A stretch of 64,000 bases of DNA from Mobula hypostoma (taxonomy: Eukaryota), in the NCBI RefSeq assembly GCF_963921235.1, contig NC_086109.1:31746001-31810000 (forward strand), written 5' to 3'. A model generated the notes under the pieces. The model had not been told where the DNA came from and made no database searches. It saw only the letters and a list, made by a program, of their open reading frames with translations. How positions within the stretch are numbered: the first letter of the stretch is position 1; each line of letters starts with the position of its first letter. This document shows, in pieces, positions 38,699-52,774 of the stretch. Position numbers and translations under genes: made by a program.

Positions 38699-41150
38699 TG
38701 ACTTTAACTTCCCTAATATTGATTGGCACCTGATTAGTTCCAAGGGTTTAGATGGGGCAGAGTTTGTTAAGTGTGTCCAGGAGGGATTCCTGTCACAGTA
38801 TGTGGACAGGTCGACTAGGGGGAATGCCATACTAGATCTAGTACTTAGTAATGAACCAGGTCAGGTCACAGATCTCTCAGTGGGTGAGCATCTGGGGGAC
38901 AGTGACCACCGCTCTCTGGCCTTTAGCATTATCATGGGAAAGGATAGAATCAGAGAGGACAGGAAAATTTTTAATTGGGGAAGGGAAAATTATGAGGCTA
39001 TAAGGCTAGAACTTGCAGGTGTGAATTGGGATGATGTTTTTGCAGGGAAATGTACTATGGACGTGGTCAATGTTTAGAGATCTCTTGCAGGATGTTAGGG
39101 ATAAATGTGTCCCGATGAGGAAGATAAAGAATGGTAGGGTGAAGAAACCATGGGTGACAAGTGAGGTGGAAAATCTAGTCAGGTGGAAGAAGGCAGCATA
39201 CATGAGGTTTAGGAAGCAAGGATCAGATGGGTCTATTGAGGAATATAGGGAAGCAAGAAAGGTGGTTAAGAAGGGGCTGAGAAGAGCAAGAAGGGGGCAT
39301 GAGAAGGTCTTGGCGAGTAGGGTAAAGGAAAACCCCAAGGCATTCTTCAATTATGTGAAGTAAAAATGGATGACAGGAGTGAAGGTAGGACGGATTGGAG
39401 ATAAAGGTGGGAAGATGTGCCTGGAGTCTGTGGAAGTGAGCGAGGTCCTCAATGAATACTTCTCTTCAGTATTCACCAATGAGAGGGAACTTGATGATGG
39501 TGAGGACAATATGAGTGGTTGATGTTCTGGAGCATGTTGATATTACGGGAGAGGAGGTGTTGGAGTTGTTAAAATACATTAGGATGGATAAGTCCCCGGG
39601 GCCTGACGGAATATTCCCCAGGCTGCTCTACGAGGCGAGGGAAGAGATTGCTGAGCCTCTGGCTAGGATCTTTATGTCCTCGTTGTCCACGGGAATGCTA
39701 CCGGAGGATTGGAGGGAGGCAAATGTTGTCCCCCTGTTCAAAAAAGGTAGTAGGGATAGTCCGGGTAATTATAGACCAGTGAGCCTTACGTCTGTGGTGG
39801 GAAAGCTGTTGGAAAAGATTCTTAGAGATAGGATCTCTGGGCATTTAGAGAATCATGGTCTGATCAGGGATAGTCAGCATGGCTTTGTGAAGGGCAGATC
39901 GTGTCTAACAAGCCTGATAGAGTTATTTGAGGAGGTGACCAGGCATATAGATGAGGGTAGTGCAGTGGATGTGATCTATATGGATTTTAGTAAGGCATTT
40001 GACAAGGTTCCACATGGTAGGCTTATTCAGAAAGTCAGAAGGCATGGGATCCAGGGAAGTTTGGCCAGGTGGATTCAGAATTGGCTTGCCTGCAAAAGGC
40101 AGAGGGTGGTGGTGGAGGGAGTACATTCAGATTGGAGGATTGTGACTAGTGGTGTCCCACAAGGATCTGTTCTGAGACCTCTACTTTTCGTGATTTTTAT
40201 TAATGACCTGGATGTGGGGGTAGAAGGCTGGGTTGGCAAGTTTTCAGACGACACAAAGGTTGGTAGTGTTGTAGATAGTGCAGAGGATTGTCAAAGATTT
40301 CAGAGAGACATTGATAGGATGCAGAAGTGGGCTGAGAAGTGGCAGATAGAGTTCAACCCGGAGAAGTGTGAGGTGGTACACTTTGGAAGTACAAACTCCA
40401 AGGCAGAGTACAAAGTAAATGGCAGGATACTTGGTAATGTGGAGGAGCAGAGGGATCTGGGGGTACACGTCCACAGATCCCTGAAAGTTGCCTCACAGGT
40501 GGATAGGGTAGTTAAGAAAGCTTACGGGTTGTTAGCTTTCATAAGTCAAGGGATAGAGTTTAAGAGTCGCAATGTAATGATGCAGCTCTATAGTCTGGTT
40601 AGGTCACACTTGGAGTACTGTGTCCAGTTCTGGTCGCTTCACTATAGGAAGGATGTGGAAGCATTTGAAAGGGTACAGAAGAGACTTACCAGAACACTGC
40701 TTGGTTTATAGAGTATGCATTATGATCAGAGATTAAGGGAGCTAGGGTTTTACTCTTTGGAGAGAAGGAGGATGAGAGGAGACATGACAGATGTGTTCAA
40801 GATAATAAGAGGAATAGATAGACATTGATAGGATAGCCAGCACCTCTTCCCCAGGGAACCACTGCTCAATACAAGAGGACATGGCTTTAATGTAAGGGGT
40901 GGGAAGTTCAAGGGAGATATCAGAGGAAGGTTTTTTACTCAGAGATTGGTTGGTGCGTGGAATGCACTGCCTGAGCCAGTGGTGGAGGCAGATACACCAG
41001 TGAAGTTTAAGAGACTACTAGACAGGTATATGGAGGAATTTATGGTGGGGGCTTATATGGGAGGCAGGGTTTGAAGGTCGACGCAACATTGTAGGCAGAA
41101 GGGCCTGTACTGTGCTGTACTATTCTATGTTCTATCTTCTAAGTTCTATG
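38699..41150 (+). mobile_element. CR1 LINE, end of endonuclease through RT to tail
   Basis: DFNFPNIDW...LDLVL...SDH, then a 398-aa ORF 39515-40711 with all RT motifs (FSDDTK), then a TTCTATG-type tail. Confidence 0.95.
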
Positions 41151-42529
41151 TTTTGCTGCGTTCTGTGTTGTTCTCCTGAGTATGGTGGGCATGCTACATT
41201 GGCATTGGAATGTGTGGTGTCACTTGTGGCCTGGCCCCCATCCTTGGCTGTTAACACAAATGACACATTTCACTGTATGATTTGATATACACGTGATAAA
41301 TAAATCTCAATCCCAAGTCTACAGGGAAACCCAGACCCAGGATGCTCAGCACTATCCAGGACAAAGCTACCCATTTGATTGTCAGCCTATCTGGCACCCT
41401 AAGTATTCATATGTTAAATATTTAAGCGTGCACAATGAGTATCTATAAAATGCTGTGTTGAGCAATGTCTTTAATCTCTCCCTTTAATCCATGAAATCTG
41501 TTCATAACAAGAGCAGGTGGTGAGGGATGGACTCACTATCTTCTCCAAGCTCCTCTGAAAATCACACATTATCCTGACTTGAAAATACTGACCATTCAGC
41601 TTCTGAAACGCTCTACCCAATAGCACAGTTGGAGTTGATATAGTAAAAAAAAGGCTGCCGCTATTCAAGTAGGCAACTCAGAACAAACCTCTCAAGGACA
41701 ATAAATGGAGCTTTACCATGAGTACCCGTATCTCATGAATAAATAAATAGAAATAAACAAAAAGTAATTTGAAGAAGATTATGCTTGACAGAAATTAAAA
41801 AGTCATGAGACAATACAGGAGAATAAGAAATAAAATGAAGAATAAGTGGACAAATTTCCCCCAAACGATGTAGAAACTTTTTCAGCGTTTCACTCTGTGA
41901 ATTATTTTTGTCTCTTCCACAGAAGGTTAGTATTCCAGTTCTACAGTTATGCTTGGCCATTGAGTAGCCTCAGTACCATTAAACTGGATTTTACAAAGCA
42001 CAGTCAGAAACTAGAGCACATTTGAGTCAATGGGTTTGGAGAGGAAAACAGGTTCAAAAGGTTAAGGAAGTTGATGGATACTGCCACACAAAATGACATT
42101 TTGAATTCTCTAAATGATTAAACGTTTAAAAAGTTCAGTAACATTGCTAATTTATAAGTGCCATTTTAGATGAAACACTATGTTTATTCAAAGAAAATGC
42201 CTATATTTATAGAAAAGATATATTCATTTAAATCTATGTTTATAATGACCTGCAAAGGCTATGCAACTTTGAATGCAGCATGAAAAATATATATTTAGCA
42301 CTGGAAAGAATTTTCAGCACACTTAAATAGTTAATGTTATTGGGATTAAATGGCATTGATATTTAGTTTAATGGTTTGACATTTTGACTCATAATAAGTG
42401 ATGATTTATTTCAGTTTGCTGTGAACATTCTGTTTGAAATGTTTAGCTCCAGGAATGCTAGAATAGAGTAAATATTATGCTTTCTTCCCACCGCTGTCAT
42501 TGGGAAGGAGATAATGGAGCCTTGGGTCA

Positions 42530-43515
42530 TGCCACTAGATTCAGAAACAGTTATTACTTTTCAACCATCAGGCTCCTGAACTTCACTCACCTCAACACCT
42601 CACCTCCTATACTTCATTAGGAGTTTGAAGAGATTTGTCATGTCAACAATACACTCAAAAACTTCTATAGATGTACTGTGGAAAGCATTCTGACAGGCTG
42701 CATCACTGTCTGGTATGGGGTGGGGAGGGGCCTACTGCACAGGACCGAAAGAAGCTGCAGAGGATTGTAAATTTAGTCGGCTCCATCTTGGGTACTAACC
42801 TACAAAGTACCCAGGACATCTTCAGGGAGCAGTGTCTCAGAAAGGCAGCGTCCATTATTAAGGACTTCCAGGGCAAACCCTTTTCTCACTGTTAACATCA
42901 GGTAGGAGGCACAGAAGGCACACACTCAGCAATTCAGGAACAGCTTCTTCTCCTCTGCCATCAGATTCTTAAATAGACATTGAACCCTTGGACACTACCA
43001 CATTTTTTTTTATATACAGTATTTCTGCTTTTTGTGCTTTTTTAATCTATTCAATACACATATACTGTAATTGATTTACTTGTCTATTTATTATTATTAT
43101 TATATCTTTTTTTATTTATTATTTTATTCTCTTCTGGACTATTTATTGCATTGAACTGCTGCTGCTAAGTTAACCAATTTCATGTGACATGCTGGTGATA
43201 AAAACCTGATTCTGATTCTGATTCTATTTTAAACCGATTACTGAACATAACCAATTGGCTCAATTTCAAGGACTCTACAACTCATGTTCTCAGTATTATT
43301 TATTTATGTACTTATTATTTATTTTTCATTTTTTGTATTTGTACAGTTTGTCTTTTGCACATTGGTTGCCTGTCAGCCTTTGTGTGTAATTTTTTCTGAT
43401 TCTATTGTATTTCTTGTTCTACTGTGAATGCCTGCCATAAAATGAATCTCGGGGTAGTAGATGGTGATATACAGATACATACTTCAATAACAATTTCACT
43501 TTGAACTTTGAACTT
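42530..43515 (+). mobile_element. Two nested Rex/Babar-like 3' fragments
   Basis: Inner copy at about 42600-43225 ends in (GATTCT)n; the outer copy ends in (TTGAAC)n. Confidence 0.7.
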
Positions 43516-44164
43516 TACTTTAAATTGTTTATGGCTTTGAACCATCCATCTTTAAGTTGCACATACTATATTGTTCCTCAACCTTTTTCTGGAAATTATA
43601 TGTCTTATTTAGTATTGTAGCTCACGTTCACATTTAACCTGTAATTCTTTTACATATGCAGATATTTGTTTCAGTGGAGTTACTGCAGGTGGGTAGTTTA
43701 ACAAACTTAGTTTGTTAGAAACTTGAGAGCAGAAATATTGTCTGATGTTCTGTTGCTGTATTGGACAGTGAACTCCCCTCCTCTACTGAAAGATATTATA
43801 ACTTTAAAAACTCCGGTAGGTCACACATCAACCTTTTCTATAATCATGATCCTTGGCGTGCTCTGCTTTTGCTGGAAATGTTATGATATAATCAATATAA
43901 ATGATTATTTGCACTTTTTTCAGAGCAATTAAATCAGAAAGCTCAGTAGAGGAAGGAAAGCCCTTCCTATGAATCAACACTCAAGGTGTTCAATTTATAA
44001 GCTGTTTCCTATGTTAAACAAATAAAGTCAGACATCTAACATGAAAAGATCTAGTAGAAGTAGCTTTGGGAATGGGAATGGGAGAAAATCATGTATTTTT
44101 TAATTTCATGTGTATTTGCCAGCAGATTTCTGAATCATCCACGAACATGGATGTGGCCCATAGT

Positions 44165-44800
44165 AGCATGGAGGCATGGTGGTTAACATAGTGCTATTAC
44201 AGTGCCAAAGTGATTTGAGTTCAATTCCTGCCACTGAGCGTAAGGAGCTTGAACATTCTCTCCATGTCCACCGCTCAAGTTTCCTCTGTATGCTGCGGTT
44301 TCCTCGCATATTAGGATGCAGAGAGTGGTGCAGACAGCCCAGTGCATCTGTAGTTGTGAACTTCCCATGATTCAGGACATTTACAAGGACAGGTGTGTAA
44401 AAAGGGCCCGTAGGATTATTGGGGACCCAAGCCATCCCAACCACAATCTATTCCAGCTACTACCATCCGGGAAGCGGTACGGCAGCATAAAAGCCAGGAC
44501 CAGCAGGCTTCGGGACAGCTTCTTCCACCAGTCCACCAGGCAATCAGACTGATGAACTCACACTGACTTGAGTGTACTCTATATTACCTCGACTGTTCTA
44601 TTTATTATAAATTATTATGGTTGCACTTTGCACATTTAAACTGAGACGTAACGTAAAGATTTTTACTCTTCATGTATGTGAAGTATGTAAGAAATAAAGT
44701 CAATTCAATTCAAATCAATCCAATATTCCAAAAATATATGGGTTAGTAGGTTAATTGGTCACATGGACAGCATGGACTCATTGGACTAGAAGGGCCTGTT
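44165..44800 (+). mobile_element. V-SINE-like element split by a Rex-like 3' fragment (about 44313-44720)
   Basis: SINE head and core, then the MQRVVQTA...HPNHNLFQLLPSGKRY peptide with an (AATTC)n tail, then the SINE resumes. ATATT occurs on both sides. Confidence 0.75.
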
Positions 44801-46139
44801 ACCATGCTGTATCTCTAAATTTAAAAAAACACCAGCTTGATTTTGAGCTATTTATTTATTTTTGCAGTTTATAGTAATTTATGCCTTTACACTGTATCAC
44901 TGCTGCAAAAGTCAGTGATAATGAATCCGATTCTGATGCAGAATCCATTACTACTCATGGATATTCATCAGCAATCCTACTCCATCTTCTGATGGACATG
45001 TCATTTATTCCAATTGGAAATCTATTATCTGTTAGTGTCGTATTGTAAATTACTCAATGGATATTTTTGTGTTAACTTTGCATGAATAACGATTTTTAAC
45101 AATAAAGCGAGTCATGCTGATATTCTAATGCATCATAAAATCTTACATTTTATATATTTATTCACTTTAAGGACCCTATCATGTTATTTCATTCTCTCAT
45201 TATTTATTGCTATTTATTTATATATGCATTTGCACAGTTTGTTGTCTTCTGCACTCTATTTGATCTTTCATTGACCCTGTTATAGATACTATTCTATAGA
45301 TTTACTGAGTATGCCCACAGCAAAAAGAATCTTAGGGTTGTATGAGGTGACATATATGTTCTCAAATTTAAAATTTAATTTGAGTTTTGAACTTTGAACT
45401 TTAATTGGTAACATGCATAACTGATTTTTAAAGTTTGGATCAATGTTCAATAAAATTTTAAAATCACTGTTCTGCTTTCGAATTCCATTCCCAAAAGTAG
45501 AATTCTATTCCCAACACCAATGTTTTATAAATATTCAAAGGAACAACCTTATTTTGCACTCCGTTGTCTGGAAATTAACGTTTGGTGCATTTCTGCATCA
45601 ATGCCAAATCAGATGTCCCAAAACAAAACAAGGGAGATATTGCCCAGAATTGGACACAGTTCACTGTACACAATAACAAATTGCAGTTATTGGGTACAAT
45701 GAACTGTGATCAGCACTGCCATTAACTCTAAAGGATACATGTGCTTCAGCTGCTGCAGAGCAGAGATACACATTAGAGCTGCTATGGAGGAGCTAGAGGC
45801 CACAGGAAGGACAGAATCATCACACATTTATTGAAACAGACCTGATATGTTGTGGCACAAGCCAGAGAGATCCTCTGTACCAGAAAGGCAAGAAGTCTCA
45901 TCGTAAGAAGACCCTAGCAGGATTTCCCTGCTCCAGAAGTCAGAATCCTTGTACAACATGAAAATATTATCTTAAGTTACAACGTAACCATCTCTGTTTA
46001 TCTTTGTAGAATGAAGACCTTCAAGGGAAATGTATTATATTCAGTGGTCTCAGTTGTCTAAGCAAGGCGACACACAAAACGAAATGCAGTGTTGTTGTAG
46101 CAAGCTACCTAAATAGTTGACAGTGGGAAAAGCAAAGCA

Positions 46140-47808
46140 GCATGAGGATTTTTTATGTGTCAACGACTATCGCCAAGTAGCACTTATATCCACAGTGATG
46201 AAATGTTCTGAGAGGTTGGTAATGAAACATCTCAACTCCCGCCTGAGAAGTAACTTGGGTCCGCTCCAATTTACCTACTGGAGCAACAGGTCCACAGCAC
46301 ATGCCATCTCACTTGTTCTTCACTCAACCCTGGAAAATCTGGACAGCACAGATGCATAAATCAGAATACTCTTTATTGACTACAGCTCAGCATTCAATAC
46401 CATCATCTTCCTCAGAACTAATCAAAAAGCTGCAGGAGCTTGGCCTCAATACCTCCTTGTGCAAAGGGATCTGGATTTCCTTACTTGCAGACCCCAGTCA
46501 ATTCAAATTGGCAACAATATCTCCTCCATGATCAGCACCAACACAAGTGCACCACAAGACCGTGTGCCCTAATCGCTTTATACTTATGGCTGTGTGGCTA
46601 AGCACAGCTCCAATGCCATATTCATTTGCTGATGATACCACTATCCTAGGCCGAATCAAAGGTGGTGATGAATCAGCATAAAGGAGGGAGACTGAAAATC
46701 TAGCAGAGTGGTGTCCTAACAACAACCTCTCACTCAAATCAGCAAGACTAAGGAGTCTATTTAGGACATCAGGAAAAGGAAACCGGAGGTCCATGACCTA
46801 GTTGTCACCAGAGGAGGAGAAGGTTATCAATTTTAAATTCCTATGTGTTATTATTTAGGGTGACCTTTCTTGGGCCCAGCATATGAATACAATTATGAAT
46901 AAAGCATGGCAGTGCCTCTACTTTCTTAGGAGTTCGTGAAGATTCCGCATGATATCTAATACTTTGACATACTTCTATAGATGTGTGGTGGAGAGTATAT
47001 TGACCGACTGCATCATGACCAGGATTGGAAGCACTAATGCCCCTGAATGGAAAATCCCACAAAAAGTGATGGATATGGCCCAGTCCACCACAAGTAAAGC
47101 CCTCCCATACATTGAGCACATCTGTTACAGGAAAGCAGCATCCATCATCAGGGACCCCCACCACCCAGGACATACTCTCTTCTCACAGGAAGAAATTACA
47201 AGTGCCCTGGGACCTGCACCACCAGGATCAGAAACAGTTACTACCCCTCAACCTTTAGGTTGTTGTACCAAAGGTTTTAAGTTCACTCATCTTCACTTGT
47301 GATGCACTATCAATTACTCCAAAAGACTGGAAGTAGAGTAAATACTGAAAGGTTTTTATTAGCAGTAAAATGTGACCTCGACCATGCTGAGTATCTGCCC
47401 TGGACTGAGAGGGGGAACAATGGCACAATCTCTGTGGGAGGAGCCACAGGAGCAGTCAGCAGAGGGGCGTGTCCAGGCAGGTAACCCAGTTACACCACAT
47501 ATATATGGTTTACCACAACTTGCCCATCATTGAAATGTTTCCACAACCAAAGGAATCACTTTCAAGGATTCTTCATCTCATGCTTTTGATATTCATTGAT
47601 TATTTATTTACTATTATTGTTTCTTCTTTGGCATTTGCACAGGTTGTTGTTTGCACACTGGTTGCAATGTTGATGCAGTCTTTCATTGATTCTATCATGG
47701 TTATTATTCTATTAAGAATATATGGAGAATGGCCATAAAAAACTCAGGCTTGTGTATGGTGACATATATGTACTTTGATAATAAAATTTACTTTGAAATT
47801 TGAACTTT
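46140..47808 (+). mobile_element. Degenerate Rex/Babar-like LINE (RT to tail)
   Basis: NDYRQVALISTVMKCSERLV, FADDTT and YFYRCVVESILT peptides; TTGAA(C) tail. Confidence 0.85.
47298..47517 (-). mobile_element. Short solo LTR inserted in a LINE 3' UTR
   Basis: TGTG...CACA ends with ACT(T) repeated on both sides. The host sequence CTTCACTTGCCC is restored on removal. Confidence 0.7.
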
Positions 47809-48969
47809 AATACTGTATGTAGGAATTAATAAATGGATTGGGAAAGGATCACTTGGACTGCATTAACTGAGAAGGAAGCATGATATCTGTTGAAATAAAG
47901 AAAGCTTCTTTGGCTTTCTAAGGATTGTAATCTGTCATTAGACATCTTACACTAAGATATTTTGTACCATTGTTACAAAGATATATGGGGCACTGTGCCT
48001 CCAACGTGATTAAGGGGGGTTCCAGAGTAGCTTTTTGCTATTTCAAACATGGCCAAGGTCACATTTTTCTATCAAGTAATTCTCAGTGTGTTTGTGTCTT
48101 GAAGAAAAAGAACTCATAATATTGGAGTGCTCAGAAACTTTTAGAATATTGATATGATCCATCTTGTTTTAACATAAGTGTTTGAATTTTCCCTTAGCTT
48201 AACCTATTTCCCTGTCCCATTAACATGTTTTTTCCCTTTCTCAGTTCTGATGACGGGTTCTCAACCTGAAATAGTAACTGTTTCTCTTCCCTCAAATGTT
48301 GCTTCACCTATTGAGTATTTCTTAGTTTCTATTTAAGATTTACAGCAAATTTTTGTTTTATGTTTATTTTATTTTACAGTTTAAAGAAGAATTTAAGTGC
48401 ATTTCTGTTGTTTATTGTGGATAATTAGCCAGAAAGTATTCAAACAGACATTACTCCACACTTGACAGTAAATTCTAGTTCACACAACTAGTCCATTTGA
48501 CAGAGTGACAACACTACTAAAATTGTGCATTATTGGCCCTACTCACTGCAAATGTCAATTACACAAGGCCAAGTTTTGGGTGTGAGCAGTCCTCACTTCC
48601 TAGGAACACCTAGTCCATCAGCTGCTGGAAAAGTTGCCAGTGCACCATGAAGACAGAAGAGCATCACTGTGAACTGAGACAGACCCAGGCGTGAGCATAA
48701 GGCAGTGAGGGGCTTTGACTGGTCATTGGGGGGAACCTGCCAGTAGCCTTTACTAAGATCCAGAGTAGTAATGTAGTTTGCCCGTCCAATCCTTTCTCGT
48801 AGCTCATCAATCCAGGGAATAAGATAAGCATCAAATAACAAAATGGCATTCAACTAATGGAAGCCAATTCACACCCTCAGGGTGCCATCCTTCTTGGGGA
48901 CAATAGCGATAGGACTGCTCCAATCACTATTTGAGGGCTCGATGACTCTCAGCTTCAGCATGATCTGAA

Positions 48970-49331
48970 TCTCATAGAAGTGTATAAGATGATGAGAGGC
49001 ATTGGTCGTGTGGATAGTCAGAAGCTTTTTCCCAGGGCTGAGATGGCTAGCACGAGAGGGCACAGTTTTAAGGTGCTTGGAAGCAGCTACAGAAGAGATG
49101 TCAGGGGTAAGTTTTTCACGCAGAGAGTGGTGAGTGCATGGAATGGGCTGCCAGCGATGGTGGTGGAAGTGGATACGATAGGGTCTTTTAAGAGACTCCT
49201 GGATAGGTACATGGAGCTTAGAAAATAGAGGGCTATGGGTAACCCTAGGTAATTTCTAAGGTAAGGATATGTTCAGCACAGCTTTGTGGGCCGAAGGGCT
49301 TGTCTCATGCTGTAGGTTTTCTATGTTTCTA
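48970..49331 (+). mobile_element. CR1 3' end inserted in the Gypsy element
   Basis: YKMMRGI...TRGH...FFTQRVVSAWNGLP peptide; TTTCTATG tail. Confidence 0.9.
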
Positions 49332-49860
49332 CCTTCAGGGCTCCTACAAGTCACTCCGGCACTCTGTAGCAGTGTCAGTGTATCAAGCTGGTTTGATCCT
49401 GATGTCTTAGGATATTTGTCTGTCCTGATCTCTACTGGAACAGTTGTAGAAAGTTAGCAAACACCCTATGCAGTTTCATTGAGATGGGAGAGGTCAACCT
49501 TCCCAGGCTACTTAATATCATCATCAATAGGTACATCATCTGTACAAAGATCAAGAAAGGAAGGAGAACCACCACATTTACCACAGTAGTATTGCCACCA
49601 TGACTTTCCATGCCTTTTGATCTCAGCACAAGTCAAGTCAAAATATGAAACAGTGCTACCTACTCCTTGAGTAACAGATGAATATGTTTGGCTATTCTGC
49701 TTCCTCGGTAACTCATGTAATATAGGCAAATCTCTCCCCAGAATCATGTCAGCTGATAGTTTCTCGAACACACCCACTTTCATCAAATACTTGTGGTCAT
49801 CCAGCACAATAGTGTGTTTTGTCAGTGACTCAGATTTCCAGTCACCGTGGACATATTGGA

Positions 49861-49995
49861 CGCAAACAACAGGAATTCTGCAGATGCTGGAAATTCAAAC
49901 CTGACGAAGGGTCTCGGCCTGAAACGTCGACTGCACCTCTTCCTATAGATGCTGCTTGGCCTGCTGCGTTCACCAGCAACTTTGATGTATGTTGC
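49861..49995 (+). mobile_element. 135-bp PLE terminal insertion carrying a hammerhead core
   Basis: TSD CGTGGACATATTGGA (49846-49860 and 49995-50009); CTGACGA...GAAACGTCGACTG at 49901-49933. Confidence 0.9.
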
Positions 49996-51789
49996 GTGGA
50001 CATATTGGATAGGTGTTTGGTGACTGTAGTCAACAATAAAAGCAGGGACAAGACTTCCCTTAATAAATAAAGGAGCTTCAATGGTTTTACCATTAACTTT
50101 GACTATTGTAAACATAGGCTCTTTCTCCTCACATTCTGCCTTTTTTTCCAGCACCATACTCACAATCATTACAGTTATTATCATCATAATCATCACCATC
50201 TCTTTGTACATAGCACATACCTGAAAATCAGGCCTTCTTGAAAGGACACCCAGAGGACTCATGACCTGGCTGCTGACAATGGTAACAAATAAAAGTCTAA
50301 GAACGACCTACCAAAGGTGTTTGTCCTCATTTCTCCCACTCCCCAATTCCACAGAGTTACCCTGAGAGTCCCTCGGAGCGTCACTCTGTTGCTTCGGCGC
50401 GGTGGATGTGACGACGGCCCCTTGTCGCCAGTGAGGTACTGCAGGTTAAGTCAGGTCGCAGTGAGTCCATCGGTCAGATCTTGCTCTTGACCTCATATTC
50501 TGGTGTCTGGAGGAAGAACCACAGAGGCTGCTCCAGAACAATGGCTTCACCAATTATCTCCTTAGATTTCTACTTTGGTCAAATCCATCGCCGGTAGAGA
50601 CCTCTCAGCTGATTATATGTGTCAGTGGGTGACTCCCCTGGTGGTAGAGTACTGGAATGGCATTGTTGGCAATAGGCTTTTGTCAAGATATCAGACTTAG
50701 CCAGCATCACCTCTTTCAAATCTGGATAGTTACCGGACTTCAAAGGGCCCATTGCAGTGTAGGATTCCGGAGCTCTACCAGTCAGTAGTGCTACTAGCTG
50801 GCAGGACCCACTCCTCATCCAACCATTTCCATACCAGGGCCATTCTCTTGAACCTGAGGAGATACTTTGCAATATCATCACTTTGTTGAATATATGGCAT
50901 TTTGGGACCCTTCGGCAGGCTTTGGAGTTCCTTCCTAAAATCATCATCTCTCCTCTACTGGGCAAACAGAAGGTCTCAAAGCAGATTTTTTAGTGAGGGT
51001 TTTGGGGAGTTTGACTCTGAGCTGAAAGTCTTCCTTGCCCGAGGTATCTGCTGTTTCCCAAGCTTCTGCTTCATTTTTCGCCTCAGAAGTTTTCCTGGCT
51101 TGGGACCGCAATCGTATTCTTCCCCGACTTAAACTCACCCTTTTGCAGTTGGCCATCCCACTGCTGCTACTATTTTTCACAAACTAGGATCTTGAGTGAA
51201 AAATCAAGTGGCTGGAGTCAGTTAGCACTTTCATGCAAGGGTGTTTATGCAGAGCGTTACAAATCAAACTTACAAAAATTAGCAAAAATAGTGAAAAGAA
51301 AACTGCCAATATTTACAAAAAGATATTTACCAAAAAAAATACAATAAATAGCTCCATACTATTTTCTCCAGTGTAAACCCCTGGCAGCTCAATTTCCCCC
51401 CTCCCCCCCACCACCAATCTCCCTCTCCCCCTACCAAGAGCGTTCCACCCCATTTTTTAGGAACCAGGATAGAACATGTTTAATTACGCACAAATTTAGC
51501 TTAACACTGCACATGACTCAAAATATGATGCACCCCACAATGCAGTTACAATCATATTACAAAATAAATGGAAGTAGCTACATTAAATAGCATATACTAA
51601 TAATATATACATATCCGCACGCCTCCATTATTAAAGAAATGGAATACTGTTCTGTGTAAGGCAGGAAAGCCAAGCCATTTTGAGAATATATCAGGGGAAA
51701 GACATTGAAGAGTGCACACACAGCGTAACAACAGCAGAATGACAAGGCAACGTTTGTGTGTGTGTTAATGCCCTTGCGCATGAGGTGCA

Positions 51790-52765
51790 TTTACAGTGCT
51801 CTCTCTGTCATAATTTTTCCATACCGGACTGTGATGCAACCTGTCAATATACTCATCACCACACATCTGTAGGAGTTTGTCAAAGTTTTAGATGCCAGGC
51901 CGAATCTTCACAAACTTTTCAGGAAGTAGAGATGCTGCTATGCTTTCCTTGTAATGGCACTTACTTGCCGGGCCCAGGACAGGTTCTCTGACATGAAGAC
52001 ACTGATGAGTTTAAAGTTGCTCACCCTCTCCACCTCTGATCTGAGGACTAGCTCATGGACCTCCAGAATCCTCTTCCAGAAGTTGATAAATCATCTCCTT
52101 AGTCTTGCTAACTTTGAGTGTAATTGTCGTTGTGGCATCGGTCGGCTAGATTTTCAAACTCCCACCTTCGTGCTGATTCACCACCACCTTTGATGCAGTC
52201 AACTATTGTGGTGTCATCAGAAAACTTAAGTATGGCATTGGAGCTGTGCTCAGCCACACTTTCAGAAGTGTAAAGTGAGTAGAACAGGCAGCTTAGTACA
52301 CAGGCATTTGGTGCACCTGTGCTGAGGAAAATTGTCAAGGAGACGCTGTTGCCAATCTGAACTAAATGGAACCTGCAAGTGAAGAAATTGAGGATCCAAT
52401 TGCTCAAGGAGGTACGGAGGCCAATGTCTTGAAGCTTATTGATTAGTTTTGAGGGGATGATAGTATTGAATGCTGAGCTGTAGTCATTAAGGAACATCCT
52501 GATATATAGATATTCCAGGGTTGAGACAAGAAACAATGAAATGGCATCTGCTGTGGACCTGTTGTTCCAGTAGGCAAATTGGAGTGGGTCCAAGTCACTT
52601 CACAGGCAGGAGTTGAGATGGTTCATCATCAATCTCTCAGAATACTTTATCACAGTAGATGTAGGTGCTTTTGGATGATAGTCATCGAGGCAGGTTTGCC
52701 ATGTTCTTCTTAGGCACTGGTGTAATTGAAGCCTGTTTGAAGCAGGTTGGTACCTCAGACTGATC
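51790..52765 (-). mobile_element. Degenerate Rex/Babar-like LINE RT
   Basis: ORF 52108-52593 reads DPLQFAY...[11 protein letters not shown]...KFSDDTTIV. Confidence 0.9.
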
Positions 52766-52774
52766 AGTAGTCAG

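Larger units (their letters stand above)
48500..51550 (-). mobile_element. Degenerate Gypsy LTR retrotransposon with a SCAN-type gag (Gmr1-like)
   Basis: Gag peptide LVALLTGRA...YPDLKEVMLAK...GESP...LRGLYRRW, protease-like VKVNGKTIEA, RT PSNSDWSSPIAIVPKKDG and DLSKGYWQVP, a PBS-like TAGTAGCAGCAGTGGGAT at about 51155-51172, and an LTR-like segment ending TTACA at 51550. Confidence 0.85.

Noticed and set aside
22179..40711. Long ORFs (254-398 aa) as host genes
   Set aside because: All carry CR1 reverse-transcriptase motifs and lie within elements with CR1 tails.
44165..44240. tRNA gene
   Set aside because: A/B-box-like head of a SINE, followed by the SINE core; no cloverleaf.
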